DNA of 64,000 nucleotides from Raillietiella orientalis (Eukaryota): NCBI GenBank assembly GCA_036172245.1, contig JAYWIR010000052.1:744001-808000 (forward strand), given 5' to 3'. This document shows, one piece after another, positions 37,028 through 49,428 of the stretch (its first letter is position 1; each line of letters begins with the position of its first letter). Below the pieces are notes generated by a model. It had not been told where the DNA came from. It saw only the letters and a program-made list of their open reading frames with translations, and searched no databases. A program made the translations under genes and the position numbers.

Positions 37028-38299
37028 GAAACTGACCGATGAAGAATGGCGAAGATGGATCAAGATCGTAGCTCAACAAGGTCCTTCAGAAGAGCCTGAA
37101 TGCCGAGCGCAAGGTCGCTCAAACACACCCATCAGGCACGGAAAGCCGTTTACTCCGGACGGAAGCTCCTCTCTGACTCGTAGAAGAAGTTCTCCGTGCC
37201 CGCGGGTCTCCCAGCCCGTGCTGCCCGTTTCCGAGAAGCAGGCAGACCAGCAATATGAGGCCTCGGGCAGTTGAGGGCCGCGAGAGCAGCCGGAAGCAAG
37301 CTGTCTCGCGTTTCTTTGTGCCGGCCGGGTCCGTGCGGAAGAGAATCTCGACAGGTCTCTTCTGTCAGCAGCGCCCGCTGATCTCCGCGCGTCTCTCGGC
37401 TGCTGCTTACGGTCCTCGGGAATCCACTCGGAGCTGCCCTGCATGCGAAATTTCATTTGTTCTTAACGTATGGACATAAAAAGTTGGTCGACAGAAAGTA
37501 ACAGCCCTATCTCGAACGGAGGAAATCGACATCAATTTAGGTAATCGGGTTTGGAGCTGCAGCACATTCTTTCGCATCACAGGGAAAAAAGTGCGTTTGT
37601 GCATTTCCTCGAGATCGGAGTTTGATTTATCGCATTGAAAGTTGCCGCGTATCGCAAGAAAGTTGGCCGGCTGCTCGCCCGAGTTTACGACACTCCCGAG
37701 TGTCGACGACGTCTTGCGCGCACGCTTGACGTCGCTTGTCCACTTTGCCATTCCTCTGCGGATAATGTGCGCGTTCTCGCGGGCAGCAGAAGCGGGGGGC
37801 AGGGGGGAGGGGGCCACCAAAACATCAGTCCTCCTGATGGTTCCGAGTCCATTCCAGCACCTCCTCCCGAACCAATCCCACGAAGGCAACGGAGCCTCCC
37901 TCATACAGGGGAGGGGGGACTTTCAGCCCCACGCCGAGTCGCTCTCTCTCCAGGAACGGATTTCCTCCTTGCTTCTTCCTCGGAGGAGAAAACTCCGAGT
38001 GCTCGGTTGATTTACCAAGAGCTCCGACTTTCCAGAGTGTTTTATGTCTGCCTTTCACACAGCACTCCGATCTATCAACGTTTCCAAGAAGGCATCCAGC
38101 GGAAAAGGATCCTCCTGCTTCAAACGTACAACAGTTGGAAAGTGCTTCGAAGTCTTCCTGCGAAAATTATCTGCTATGGGAGGCACTGGAGGGTAATTTA
38201 TGAACAATGATAAAATGCAGCATCCGATTCGAGGGGATAACATGAAACTGAACTTCCACGCCGCTGACGTCATTTTATCTGTCCCTACCTTCGGATTCA

Positions 38300-39230
38300 C
38301 GCTGCACGTTACGCAACAAGAGGTTCCTGTTGGAAGCAGTGTTGCCAGCTGCCGAGCGCGAGCCGGCCTCGCACAAGCCTACCCCAGCCAGCAGTGCTTC
38401 GAAAAGCCCAACCTATCTCAGGGGGACGGCTCTCCGAAGCACATTTGGCGACGCGGACGAGCCAATGGCTCGGATTCCAGCGCTTTTTATTTAAGTAAAT
38501 CGCTTGTGAAAATTGCCGATCAACGTTTACTACAAGCTGCTCCATCCGGAATGCACAGATGCTTGCCTGTGAACGCTTCAGCAAACCCTAGTCCACAGTT
38601 CATCTTCACCGTTCCCCTATTCTCCAGATTCTCGATGGGGCCGCGGACCAAGTTCATGAATCGAGAAGGTCAACGGGACGAATTGATTAACCACGATGTT
38701 TTTACATGTGGGAAATGCTCAAGGTTCAGGGCATTCCATGCCGTGGGGAAGGTTCTGTGATTCCGTTTCGATCTGGAAACCGTTATTCCATGGTTTCAGT
38801 CATGACCTTAGTTGAGAGCCATCATCTCGAGATCCTTGTCCCAGGAATGGTTCTAGAAATTCAGCGGCTGCTTTTCTCGGAGGAAGTCGTGCTATTAATG
38901 GCCCCATCCTTAATTAAGTTCCCGTTTCGACATCTCCTTTCCAAATTTTCGTTCTTCTTGGATCGGTAATCCTTCTTGAATTTTCAGGACATCCGCCATA
39001 TTGTCGAATGTAAACAGTGAGGTATTTCTTCGTGCCTGTGGACCTTTATTCTTATCCTTATAATGGAAAAGGACGACAAGTGCAGACGTTCTTCTTAAGG
39101 GAAGAGACGCGATGACTGCTTTGTCGTCAGATGCGAGAGGCTTGCAAAAGTACCATCGACAGCTATCCCAATCGCATGAGATCACACTGAAGAGGAAAGC
39201 GGCCAAGTTGTTCCCGGACGCGATCGGGAG
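38300..39230 (-). pseudogene. Degraded Mutator-like (MULE) transposase remnant
   Basis: Across broken frames, in the expected order: IAVDGTF (first catalytic D motif), FPTAWNAL..HFPHVK (DFE..A....FP-like), F..IYLNKKRWNPSHWLV and LGSWQHCF (W...W...EGWH-like). Lower GC than the flanks. Confidence 0.45.
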
Positions 39231-39530
39231 CACACAGTGGGAAATTCGGGATGTTCATCATCAGGCATCTACGTGCAAATTCAGACCGGCTTTGGCGGCC
39301 GTGTGGCTGCTGTCTCCGCGCGTGGCATCCAGAAAATTTAGAGCACGAAGAGTTCGTCGTCTTGGCGTGGGGAGCACTTCTTAGGATGCGGACATAATCG
39401 CTTCTCCTTCGGGAAGGAATCTTTCAGGATTCCGAGCGGCGTACCATTTCGTCGGTGCTCCTCCGTCGAAGAGCTCGCGGGACCTTGTTCCACAAATCGA
39501 GGGATCTCACGGGAGCAGGATTCCTTACCT

Positions 39531-39554
39531 AGCAGCAGCAGCAGCAGCAGCAGC
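39531..39554. repeat. (AGC)8 microsatellite
   Basis: Read directly. Confidence 0.95.
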
Positions 39555-40851
39555 TTCTGTGCTCTTCGGGAGAGCGCGGGCGGAGGGCATCTTTTCACGC
39601 GACCACGTCCCAGGCACGCTCGCTTCAGGACCAGCGCACTGCGGCGCAAAGAGATGGCACCGTGTCCGTCCCCCGGTCTTCCCGCTTCCCGTCGAGGAGT
39701 CCCCCCGATTGCTGATGAAAGAGGGGGAAGGGGGGGAAAGGCGAGGCGAAGAAGCGTTTTCCGAGTCGGACTTTGATCCACCTTCCCAGCGTCGCTCCCA
39801 GGCGACCGCCTCTGTGGATCCTTCCCCGAAGGAGTCAACCACAAGCGAAACCCGAGATGCCAAAGGCGTCTTCGTGGTGTTGGCGGAGGCGGCACACCGA
39901 GGGGACTATGGGGACTCTCTTCTTGTGCGCAGGCAGGGCAGTGGCGGTCCGCTGCCGAGCGAGCCGAGAGGGCAGATGGAACAATTCCACATGACCAGCT
40001 GAGCAGTCTTCATCATTTGAGGGGAAGGGCTCTTCCCTTGAGGAACGGGCCCCCCGGTCTCTTCAGCGTCTTTGCCCTCCACGGTCGCTCGGTGCCATTT
40101 GGATCTCGCAGGCGCGCGGTTCGAGAAGGGCAGCCAGCGCGCAGGCACGACCGGGTGCAAATTCCTCAAGGCCGGAAGGAGCGCAGAGCTTGCTGCCGAC
40201 GGGAAAGTAGCTGCAAGAAGAGCAACGCGCTGGACCGTTCCGAGTTCCAGACGGGGCTGGGTGGAGTCCCCCTCTCTCCCCCACGTACGGCAGCGGCAAC
40301 GCCGTCGGTACATCCCGGGACTCCCCCTTCCCTTTGCACGCGTTCGGCAGCAGCCCTCCCGCTCCTTCGCCGACACTTGTACGATATGCAAAAGGGTCCC
40401 GAAGGAGCTACGATATCAGGTCCTGGAGAGCTAATAATAACTGCAAAACAGGATCTGTCTGCATTTCACCACTGCTTTTACTGCGGGAAGCGCCAGAGAT
40501 CCCATCATTTCCTGTAATCATCTTCGCGTAGGCTTCGCTTGCGTCGTTAAATGGAATGAGAGGGGGGGGGGAGGGGAGCAAAAGAAGGGGAGGGAGGGCG
40601 GGAAAACAACGAAGCCGAAGGCGCTCGAACGTTCTCGAAAAAATAAAAGAGAAAAAGCCCACGGACGGCGGAGCAGTTCGATTCGCCGCGCGCCAGAAAG
40701 TGCGAGAAAGTGCGGCGGTGCCGCCGCCGCCGTGCGCGGGCGGGCCGCGCTCTTTTTTGCCTTTCTTCCTTCCGCACCGCCTCTGGGGTCGCGCGCGGTG
40801 CCGGGAAGAAGGGAGGAAGATCGGGAAGGGTCCGCGGAGATGGCCATCGGA

Positions 40852-40854
<3 letters not shown>

Positions 40855-40882
<28 letters not shown>
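40855..40882. repeat. (CGG)9 microsatellite inside a CpG-island-like block
   Basis: Read directly. Confidence 0.9.
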
Positions 40883-43800
40883 AGGGAAGGGGATCGGAGC
40901 ATCCCGTTCTCGCGAGCCGGACGACGACGGACGGGAGAGAGAGAGAGCAGGAGAGGAAGGGTGGTGGTGGCGGCTGGAAGGGGGGGACGGACGGCGGCGG
41001 CAGCAGCAGAAAGCTCGGCCCGCGCTTGTCCGAGGACACGGGCGAAAGGGGCAGCTTTGCGGGCAGGGAGCCGTCGGCGGGCCCTCTCGTCATCCGTGCA
41101 TCCTTGCGGTCTCCGCCGCGCGCCGGCTGCGGTACGCGAAAGCAGAGAGAGGCGTTAGCCGATTCCCATCTCGTCTCGGCAGGAATCAAAACGGTTTCCA
41201 GGAGCTGCAATTTAGCAAGGAGCATCCTAAGAGAACCATAAAAGAGGAAGCAAATGCTGCTTTTCATCACTTTCATTGGCGACGACAACCCATTACCTGG
41301 GGTTTTTTTTTTTTTTTTTTCTTCTTTTCCTTCCTCCTTTGCCTTCCGGGAAATTATCTTTAACAGTTTCGCAGAGAGCAATAAATAAAGCGAAAGAATG
41401 CATTATCGGCGTTCCTGGCACTTCTTCAACGGGAAACTTTCTCACTTTTAGAAAGTTTCCTCTGCAAACGATTTCTGGAGCGAGAGGTTTTCGCGAGTTA
41501 AGTACCCGAGCGCACCAAATGCTCCAAAAAGGGAAAAGTCCTACTGGTTTCGGCGAAACGACCTTTTTTGGGGGGGAAGGCGGGGGGGGGGGGACCTTTT
41601 TTTTTTCTTATGGGGGAGGAAAATGGGAATTCCGTGTTCTTCGATTTCGGGCCTGCGGCGGAGGTTGGCCGGGTCGCGCGGACACGGGGAAACCGGCGCA
41701 CCCGGAGCCGCCGCCCGTTTCGTCACCGGGGAAACGCGCGCCAGGGAGAGCTCCCGAAAGGCACACACAGACGAGAGTTTCAGGTTTCTCGGTTCGCCGC
41801 TAGGGAGGGAGGGGAAAGGGGGGGTGGAGGCAGCCGCAGATGAGGCGCGGGGGAGGGAGGGAGGAATGGGAGAGCACGCGCGCGCTGCCGCGGAGGCGCT
41901 GGGTTTCCCGGGGGGAGGGAGTGTATGTGGAGGGGCGGGGGGGGGGGTACTGACTCCCTTGACTCCCGCGCTCCGGACGCGAGCCCATTCAGAGCAAAAG
42001 AGGCACTTCCGGCAGGTACTTCGTCCCCCCCGCTCCGTCCCAGCGGGAGAGCGATTCGGACCGTGCGCGCCGCCGCACGGAGCGGAACGGCAACAAAGGT
42101 GACGTCACAGAGTGCTCGAGAAGCGTCCCGGCGTTGCCACCCGGTCACGTGAACCTACCACTGTGGTGGTGGGGCACGTAGCCCTACCACGTCTCATTCT
42201 GCAAAGGACCTGCCGGGTTGCCGGTCGGTGCGGGCAGGCCGGCCGGCAACGCTCACCTCGGCAGCGGTGGGGTGGGGCAAAAGCACAGCCCCCCCCCCCC
42301 CCAAAAAAAAAAAAAAAAAAATGAAAAGAAGAATAAATAAAAATAAATAAGCAAGAGCACTCCGGACGGTCGGGAAGGGATCATCGTCCGCTAGAGGGAG
42401 TGCTCTTCCTCCTTTCCAGGATGCCGGCTGGGTCCGTCCGTAAGGCACCCAGGGCTCTCCGCGGAGCGCCCTCTCCCGGGCGAGCGCCGAGTTGCGGGCG
42501 GCTCGGTGCGGGGCGCGAGTTTCAGGGTCTTGGGGAGGGTAGCGTGCGTCCCTCGCGGCCGCCCCATCGACACCGTGCGCTTCCCCCCTCTCGTGGCCCG
42601 CCGTCGCCTCGGGAACCCTTCGCCTGAGGATCCCCCTCCCCCCGCGTCTGTCGGTGCCTGTGCCCCCGGCGCGGTTGGTGGTTGAGGGACGACCCGACGG
42701 CAGCGGAGGTTCTTCCGGGCTGAGCCGCGCCGCCGTCTCGGACAGTCCCGGCGCGGAGGGGATTTCCCCGCTCCTGGAGGTGGGGAAAACAAACCTCCAC
42801 GACGTTTTCACGCCCTCGGGGCTTTTCCGGGCGGCGAGATCGCGTGAGGCAAACAGAGAATGGCGCGCGCCCGCTTTTTGGCAGATGGCCTTCCTCCGGG
42901 AAGGAAACCTCCCAGCAGCACCTGCTTTCCAGACTTCCCGGGACGCGGGTCGGAACCATGAAAGCTCTCGCTCCCGACGCGTGGCTCCTCTCGAAGTGTG
43001 TGGGGGGCCGGGTTGCCGGGGGCTCTCCGCTTGGGATCCGTTTTTTTCAGGAACTCTCGGTAGGTGGGGGGTGGGAGCAACCCGTTCCTTCCGGGAAAGG
43101 CCTGCAGACGACCGGAGGGGACCCTTCCCACTCGTCGCCAAGGAAGCGAGTCCTCCTCATCCGCTCTTCCGCGAGCGGAGCGCGCGCGCGAGAGCGAGAG
43201 ACCTGCCGGACCTCGGGATCTCAGCCGAGGTCCTTTCGAAATTCCTGGCGATCCTCCGCCGCCTTCCCGGTCCCTCCCTGCTCGGCGTGGAACCGACCGC
43301 CCGGTGCGGTGCGGGAGGGGAAGGGGAAGAGGAAGAGGAGGGGGGAAGGGGGTGCACAGGCGCGTCTTCGGACCCCCGAAGTACCGAGGCTTCCCGGACC
43401 ACCTGACCACGTGGCTGGCTGCTTCCGCGGATCCGGCGGTGTTCCTCGCTTGCTCCCCTCTCCGGGCGCGCTCTTCGTTCCTTGTCCCGGCGCCTCGCAC
43501 GAAGAGGAACACGCACTCCCGTTGACTGGGATCCGGCTCTGGAGCATCTGCTCCTAAAAATAGAATCTCAAAGGATGTGGGTCCCCTTTTCTGCCGAAAA
43601 CACGTGCTGACAGTGTGATTCTTGCAGGCGTCACCCACTCCCTACCTAACTGCAAGGCGACGAGCAGCGCACTGCCAACACGGCTGAGCCCTTAAATCTC
43701 CAACTTCGAGATGAATTTTTCAACAGCTGACATTAAGAATAAAAGACCTTTTTCCTCTTTTATTTTTTCCTTCAAACGGAAGAACAAACCCTCTCTGAAA

Positions 43801-44004
43801 CGGTGCTATCGCGTTTAATTTGTACGCTTCGGGCTGTCCGAATGTTTACTTTCGTTCCATCGAAAACATTGCACACCACGCAGCGTGAAAACACCAATCA
43901 GTTGCCATCGGCGTTCCTTTTCAATCAATCAGCTATGAATGAATTAACCGAAATCACATGCCCATAGCATCTTTGAGAGAGACCCGAAGGACGAAAGCAC
44001 TGAA

Positions 44005-44240
44005 AATGGGTGATAACACACTTTCTGCCAATCATAATAATAGCACACAGATAATGGGTGATAATGCACGTTGGTACAGTGCAGCATACTATAACAACAA
44101 CGCGGTGATAACGGCTGATAATACACCTCGCGCGCTCAAAACAGCTCACTCAAATAACGGCGCATTCATAACGCGTGCTCACGCACCTGCTGCATGTTGT
44201 AATGATGGGCGCATTGGTGATGCGTGATGATCCACCTGCG
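44005..44240. repeat. Degenerate minisatellite rich in TGATAA
   Basis: AATGGGTGATAACACAC, ATAATGGGTGATAATGCAC, GCGGTGATAACGGCTGATAATACAC, GATGCGTGATGATCCAC. Confidence 0.6.
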
Positions 44241-44549
44241 GCTCATCATAGTGAGAGCGCATTGAGGGGAACATCTCTGAGCGGGGGGTCGGAGAGCGCT
44301 GCTTCGATTTCCTGCCGCGGAACGGAGGGGGGAGGGGTTGCCACCCGGGTGCGCCGGGGCGTTTATTAAAACTCTACAAAACGTGGTACGAGGCCCCACT
44401 AACGGCCAACACAGCACCGGCCCTACCGGGACGCCGGGCTGCGCCCGGCGTGATTCTCCTCGGCAGTGGAAGGGGATGGGGGGGGAAACAAAAATAAAAA
44501 TAAAAATAAGGAAGAACAAAAAGAGTTTGGAGGGACGGAAAGGGATCCC

Positions 44550-47267
44550 TGACCACTGGGAAGAGGGCCCATCCTTCGCAGGATGCCCTCGAGGTCCTTC
44601 TGCGTTTGTCCCAGCTGGGCCCATCCCGTTGCTCTTTCCATAAAGCAAACAGCGTAGGGGATGACATCCCTCACGTTATCGTCGACATCTTCGTCGTGGG
44701 CATCGCTCCAAGCCGCCACGATGCCTCAGGTACAGCAGAGTGCTGCCAGGGCTGCGACCTGGCAGCACTCTGCTGCAGGTCGTCCCGCACGAACAGGAGC
44801 CGGAAAACGTCTCTGGGCGCGCTGCCCACCGGGAGCACGAGGGTCGTCCCAAAACGTTCTCATAGGGGTCGGAGGGCAACACAGTCAACAAGTAGGTGGG
44901 GGAGCGATTCCCGCTCCCCACACCTGGCACACTGAGGATTCACTGTTCCCCTCGTCCAGTGGAAGCGGCGTGCGTTGCAGGGTAGACCCCAATGCAACAG
45001 CAGTAGCGCCGACTCTTGCCACTTCAGGGGGCGAATCCTGGATCCAATCATCAATGAGGGCTACTTCAGATCATCCGTCAGCATGCCGAGCAGCTCGCCC
45101 CATCTCGTCAATCCTCTCGGCTGAACGCCCGGGGTCATGGTGTCCGCCAGCTCTCCCATGGTCCAGCCGCTTATCAACTTCTCCCTGCCTGCGATTCGGC
45201 AGGATACTTGCCACCTCGGAATCCGGCTGCTGTGAAGCGCCCTCCTCAGGAAGGGCATCGCCGTGGCAAGGGGGGTCGCCTCCGCCCACGTGCAACTCGT
45301 AAGAAATTCCAGTATTTCCCGCAGAGTGCGGTGGGCGTATAGGCCGGTCCTCAGGCAGTTCCACGTCTCGTGGCTTCCCTCGTTGAGCTTCGCCCAAGTG
45401 CCAGCGGTCTCCTCCAGCCAGGCAAAGGAGTTGGCGGGGCTGCACACCATCCATTCGTTCTTCTTTGCTAGGGTGGCCATGCGTCCAAGGAGCAGGCCGC
45501 ATCTTCGGATCTTCCGGCCGCGGCACAGAAGAAAGAGACGCGAGTCCTTGGGTCCTGGTCACACGGCTGGCAAGGATTCGGGTCGGAATGCACCAAGGGA
45601 TACTCCACAGCTTCGCTGCGATGGCCATGTTGCGCCATCGCAGCTGTATTTCCACGCGCCCCAGAGTCAGAAGGCCAAGACCGCCGTCCCGACGCGGAGC
45701 GCACAAGTTCTTCAAAGGGACTCGGGGCCTCCCTTTGCCCCAAAGGGCAATGCGGAGGAGGTCCTCTGTCCTCTTTTTAACTTCAACGGGGACCGGGCAA
45801 ACAAAAAGTATGGGGCAGAGGATGGGAGCCGCAAACGCGTTCCATACAGCGGCCCGTTCCGGCAAGTGAAACTTGCCTTCCAGGAACGGGCCGATCGCCA
45901 ACTCCACTTTCTGAAGACGACCTAACCAGGCTTCTGTTGGACAGAAGTCCCACAACGGGAAGCCCAGGTACTTCAGGTACCTGGCCGTGGGGATCCCCAA
46001 GCGGATCCAGTCTCGCTGCCCTGCCCACGCAGCACCAAGTGGCACCACCGACGACTTCGCCTTGTTCACCTGCAGTCCGGTCCCGCGGCTAAGCAGATCG
46101 AAGAAATCCCCGACTGCCGCTGCCGGGGTGAACATGGGCAGCAGGAGCAGAAGATCGTCGGCATAGGCTGCTACGGCGGGCGTGCCGGGGCACGAGCTCG
46201 GCAAGGCAGCCAAAGTCGCCCTGTATGCTCTCAGCACCAACTCGAAGTAGGTGCTAAAGAGTAGGGGACTCAGGCTATCGCCCTGCCGTATGCCCCGCCG
46301 CACCGGCACGCCGTACACCTTTTGACCACTGAAAGAGACGGTAATCATCGCGTGGCGCCAGCAGGAGCGCAGGTAGGTGATCAAGGTGGGTGGAAAGCCC
46401 ATGCGACCCAGGAGCTCCAACAGGAGATCCTGGTCCACGCAGTCGAACGCCTTATGGAGATCGACTGCGATCGCTAGGACCCCTTCCCCCGCCCGGGAGT
46501 CCCTTCCCTGTCCCACTGGCGGTCCCAAAGTGGGGTTGCAAATTTCCTCGTTCCCTTTCTTCTCACTCCGCTGCACATGGAACCATGTGCTCGCGAAGAA
46601 GAGGTTGGCCTCCATACTTCGCCCGGGAACAGCGTATGTCTGTTCCGGGCTAATTATGGAGTCTGCCACCTGCCCCAATCGCGACGCCCACAGCCCGGCA
46701 ATCAACTTGGCGTCCGTGTTCACGATCGTGATCTGACGCCAGTTGTTCAGTTTCCTGAGGTCTCCTCCCTTGGGAAGGAGCCTCACTCTGGCTGACCGAA
46801 ACGAGGCGGGAACATCGCCTTCGTCTCGGATCAGCCTCGTCAGCTCGGGCACAAGGGGAGCCAGCTCCGCCGCGAAGCATTGGAAAAACTCCGCGGGCAG
46901 GCCGTCCTCCCCTGGCGCCTTACGCCTCTTGAGCCTCCTAATACCAGAGAGAATTTCGCCGGTCCTAAAAGGCTCGTCGAAGCTTTCCATCTCCTCCTCT
47001 CCTATTGCCGGAACTCCATCCGGAAGCAAGAGCCGTAAGGCGTCCCGCTAGGGAGGTGCCCTAGCGTAGTGGGAGGAATAACTCCTCACGAGGTGCCTAA
47101 TCGCGGGCGGGGCCGAGCGTTCCCGGCCCAGGTCGTCCAGCAAGCTGGCCGACCCGGATTGCCAGGTTGGCTCTCGACCCCGGCTCGATATTCGGCCAGG
47201 CGACGGACATTGGGGGTCCTCTCGTAACAGCGGGCCTGTAAATAGGCCCTCTCGTTGCGAGCCCCTT
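44550..47267 (-). pseudogene. ORF2 reverse transcriptase and C-terminal domains (disrupted)
   Basis: KAPGEDGLPAEFF, LLPKGG...NWRQITIVNTDAKL, EQTYAVPGRS (Tx1/L1-type), DLHKAFDCVD, GIRQGDSLSPLLF, AYADD, VNKAKS, KYLG. In-frame TAG at 47048-47050, frameshift near 45.5 kb, stops at ~45061 and ~44860. Confidence 0.92.
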
Positions 47268-47280
47268 CCCCAAATCCGGG

Positions 47281-47875
47281 GAGTATAAGGCCTGAGTGTG
47301 CCAGGTGTGGGGAGCGGGAATCGCTCTCCCACCTACTAATTGACTGTGCTGCCCTCCGACCCCTGTGGGAACGGTTCGGGACGACCCTCGGGCTCCCAAT
47401 GGGCAGCGCGCCCAGAGACGTTCTTCGGCCCCTCTTCGTGCGGGACGCCCTGCAGCCCGCCGCAGCCCTCGCAGCCCTCTGCTGCATCCATGGCATCGTG
47501 GCGGCCTGGAGCGACATTCGCGACGAAGGAGTGGATGCCAACGAGAGGGAAGTCATCCCGTATGCTGTGAGCTTCATGCGAAGAGCTGCGAGATGGCCCC
47601 ATCTGGGACAAACGCAGAAGGACCTAGAGGGCATCCTGCGAAGGATGGGCCCTCCTCCTAGTGGATAGTGATCCCTTCCCCTCCCTCCAAACTCCTTTTG
47701 TTTTTCTTTATTTTATTTTTGTTTTCTCCCAAACTCCCCTCCACTGCCGAGGAGCGTCACGCCGGGCTGCGTCCCGGCGTCCCGGCAGGTCCGGTGTTGT
47801 GCGGCCGTTAGTGGGGCCTCGTACCACATTTTTGTAGAGTTTTCAATAAACGCCCCGGGCGTACCCGGGTGGCAG
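47281..47875 (+). mobile_element. 5'-truncated copy of the same LINE family, nested antisense in its relative, 13-bp TSD
   Basis: Intact C-terminal ORF (CARCGERESLSHLLIDC...GPPPSG*) plus UTR, homologous to the reverse complement of 44338-44935; flanked by CCCCAAATCCGGG at 47268-47280 and 47876-47888. Confidence 0.93.
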
Positions 47876-47888
47876 CCCCAAATCCGGG

Positions 47889-48760
47889 AGGCAGGCGGTG
47901 CACGGGGAACCCCTCGCAGAACTCGCGGACCGAGGCCTTAAAACGATCCCAGTCGCCGAGACTCCGGAGGGTGACGCCTCTCAGGAATTGGCGAAGGTGT
48001 TGTTTCTCACCTGAGAGTCGCGTCCAGTCTCCAGGCAGCCGCCACGCCCTGGATGGGGGTCTTTTGTCGCGCGGGCGTACCTCAAAAATTAACCGGGAAT
48101 GGCCCAACAGCGTCGACGGAAGTTTCCCTCGCTTGCCGACCCGTGGGCAGAGGTCGCTGTCGAGGAAGACGTGATCGACGCTGCGGACCATTCCCTCTGC
48201 GCCCTCGAACAAGTTGCGTGCACGCATGGCGGCGCACAACTCGTTCATCGCGTTTTCTTGTGTTTCGGGCTCACCTATGAGCAGGTGGAGATTGAAGTTT
48301 ATCACCCGGTATCAGGTGAGGCTCCCGCACGTTCGTTTCCGCCAGCCAATCACGCTTCAGGGTTTCCAGAAACACGGTGCGGTCGTGGTAACCCCTTTTA
48401 CCGCTGGGGGCGTACACGTTTGTGACGATCAGGTCGATCGAGTGGGACCACCTGAGGATCAGCTGAGGACCATCGTCATCAAAGCGCACGCCCTTCACGG
48501 GAGCGTCGACGGCTGGCTTGACGAAAAACGCGACCTCACAGGTGTTGCGAGCGCCGCATTGCCGGTACATCCGACCCCCCGTGATCGTCTCGGTCTCCTG
48601 GACGTCTGCCGCGGTGATCACGTGGATCTCCTGCAGCAGGGCCAGGTCGAACTCACACAGGGTGTCGGCTGTATCCCGTCTGTTGCCGTCGTCGCGCAGC
48701 CCGTTGACATTCCAACAAGCTGCGCGGATCCGACGGCGACGGGGGGGAGGGGATGGGAGG
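47889..48760 (-). pseudogene. ORF2 apurinic-like endonuclease (APE) domain (disrupted)
   Basis: CWNVNGL, LALLQE, NVYAP, GD-[TAAA insertion near 48300]-FN, VDHVFL; the SDH motif is degenerated to LGH. Confidence 0.9.
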
Positions 48761-49428
48761 AAAGAATTCCTCTGCTTCCAGAGGCGCTTCGGGGGATTCG
48801 GTTCTGCTGAGGCGGCTGCTGCCACTGACGTGTTCCGGGCTTCCTCACCACTTCGGGTGATGAGAGCAGCGCACGCCGACGAAAGAGCGCAGATTGCCCG
48901 CGCGGATCGCGAGCAAGGGGCCCCAAGGGTGCCTTCGGGAGGGAGCGCGAAGAGAGGGGGAACCCGGTCGCGGGCGTCTTGAACGGGGGAGCTGCCGGGC
49001 CGCCGCTCGTGAACTCCGGTTGCGGCTTATCCCTCGATTACTAGAATCCCCGGGGTCGTAATCACGGCGGTCATTTCGGTACTCACCCACCCACACACTC
49101 AGGCACCCGCACAGAATGGGGTCTTTAAAAGGCAGCGGAAGCGGCCATAATGAGCTGCGAGCTGCAAACGGAAAGGTACGAGACGGATACCGGACGTTGC
49201 AGCTCCCATAAACCTCAAAAGTCGTGATTATGAGCCGTCGCGAAGGAAAAATCGCGCCGAGGATAAGCTAAAAAAAGTTCTCCAAATTGGTCAGACGCGT
49301 CGTGCAGAAGAAAGGCAAGCGAGCGTTCTTGGCACAAGGGATGGATCCTGTGGAAGGCTGCACCGAAGAAACCTTGCAGCATCCGACGCGAGGCGTGCCG
49401 ACACGGTTCTCGGGTCTCGGGCGGTTAT

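Larger units (their letters stand above)
44338..49100 (-). mobile_element. Near-complete but inactivated L1/Tx1-like non-LTR retrotransposon (APE + RT + C-terminal CCHC-type region)
   Basis: Collinear APE (48.75-47.9 kb), linker, RT (47.0-45.9 kb), C-terminal CARCGERESLPHLLVDC, and 3' UTR with terminal AATAAA-hairpin. Several frameshifts and stops plus a nested insertion. 5' boundary and ORF1 not resolved. Confidence 0.92.

Noticed and set aside
43958..44020. Hammerhead-like GACC-CGAA-GGAC-GAAA segment
   Set aside because: The CUGANGA core is absent (CTTTGAGAGA) and stems I/III cannot be closed around an NUH site.
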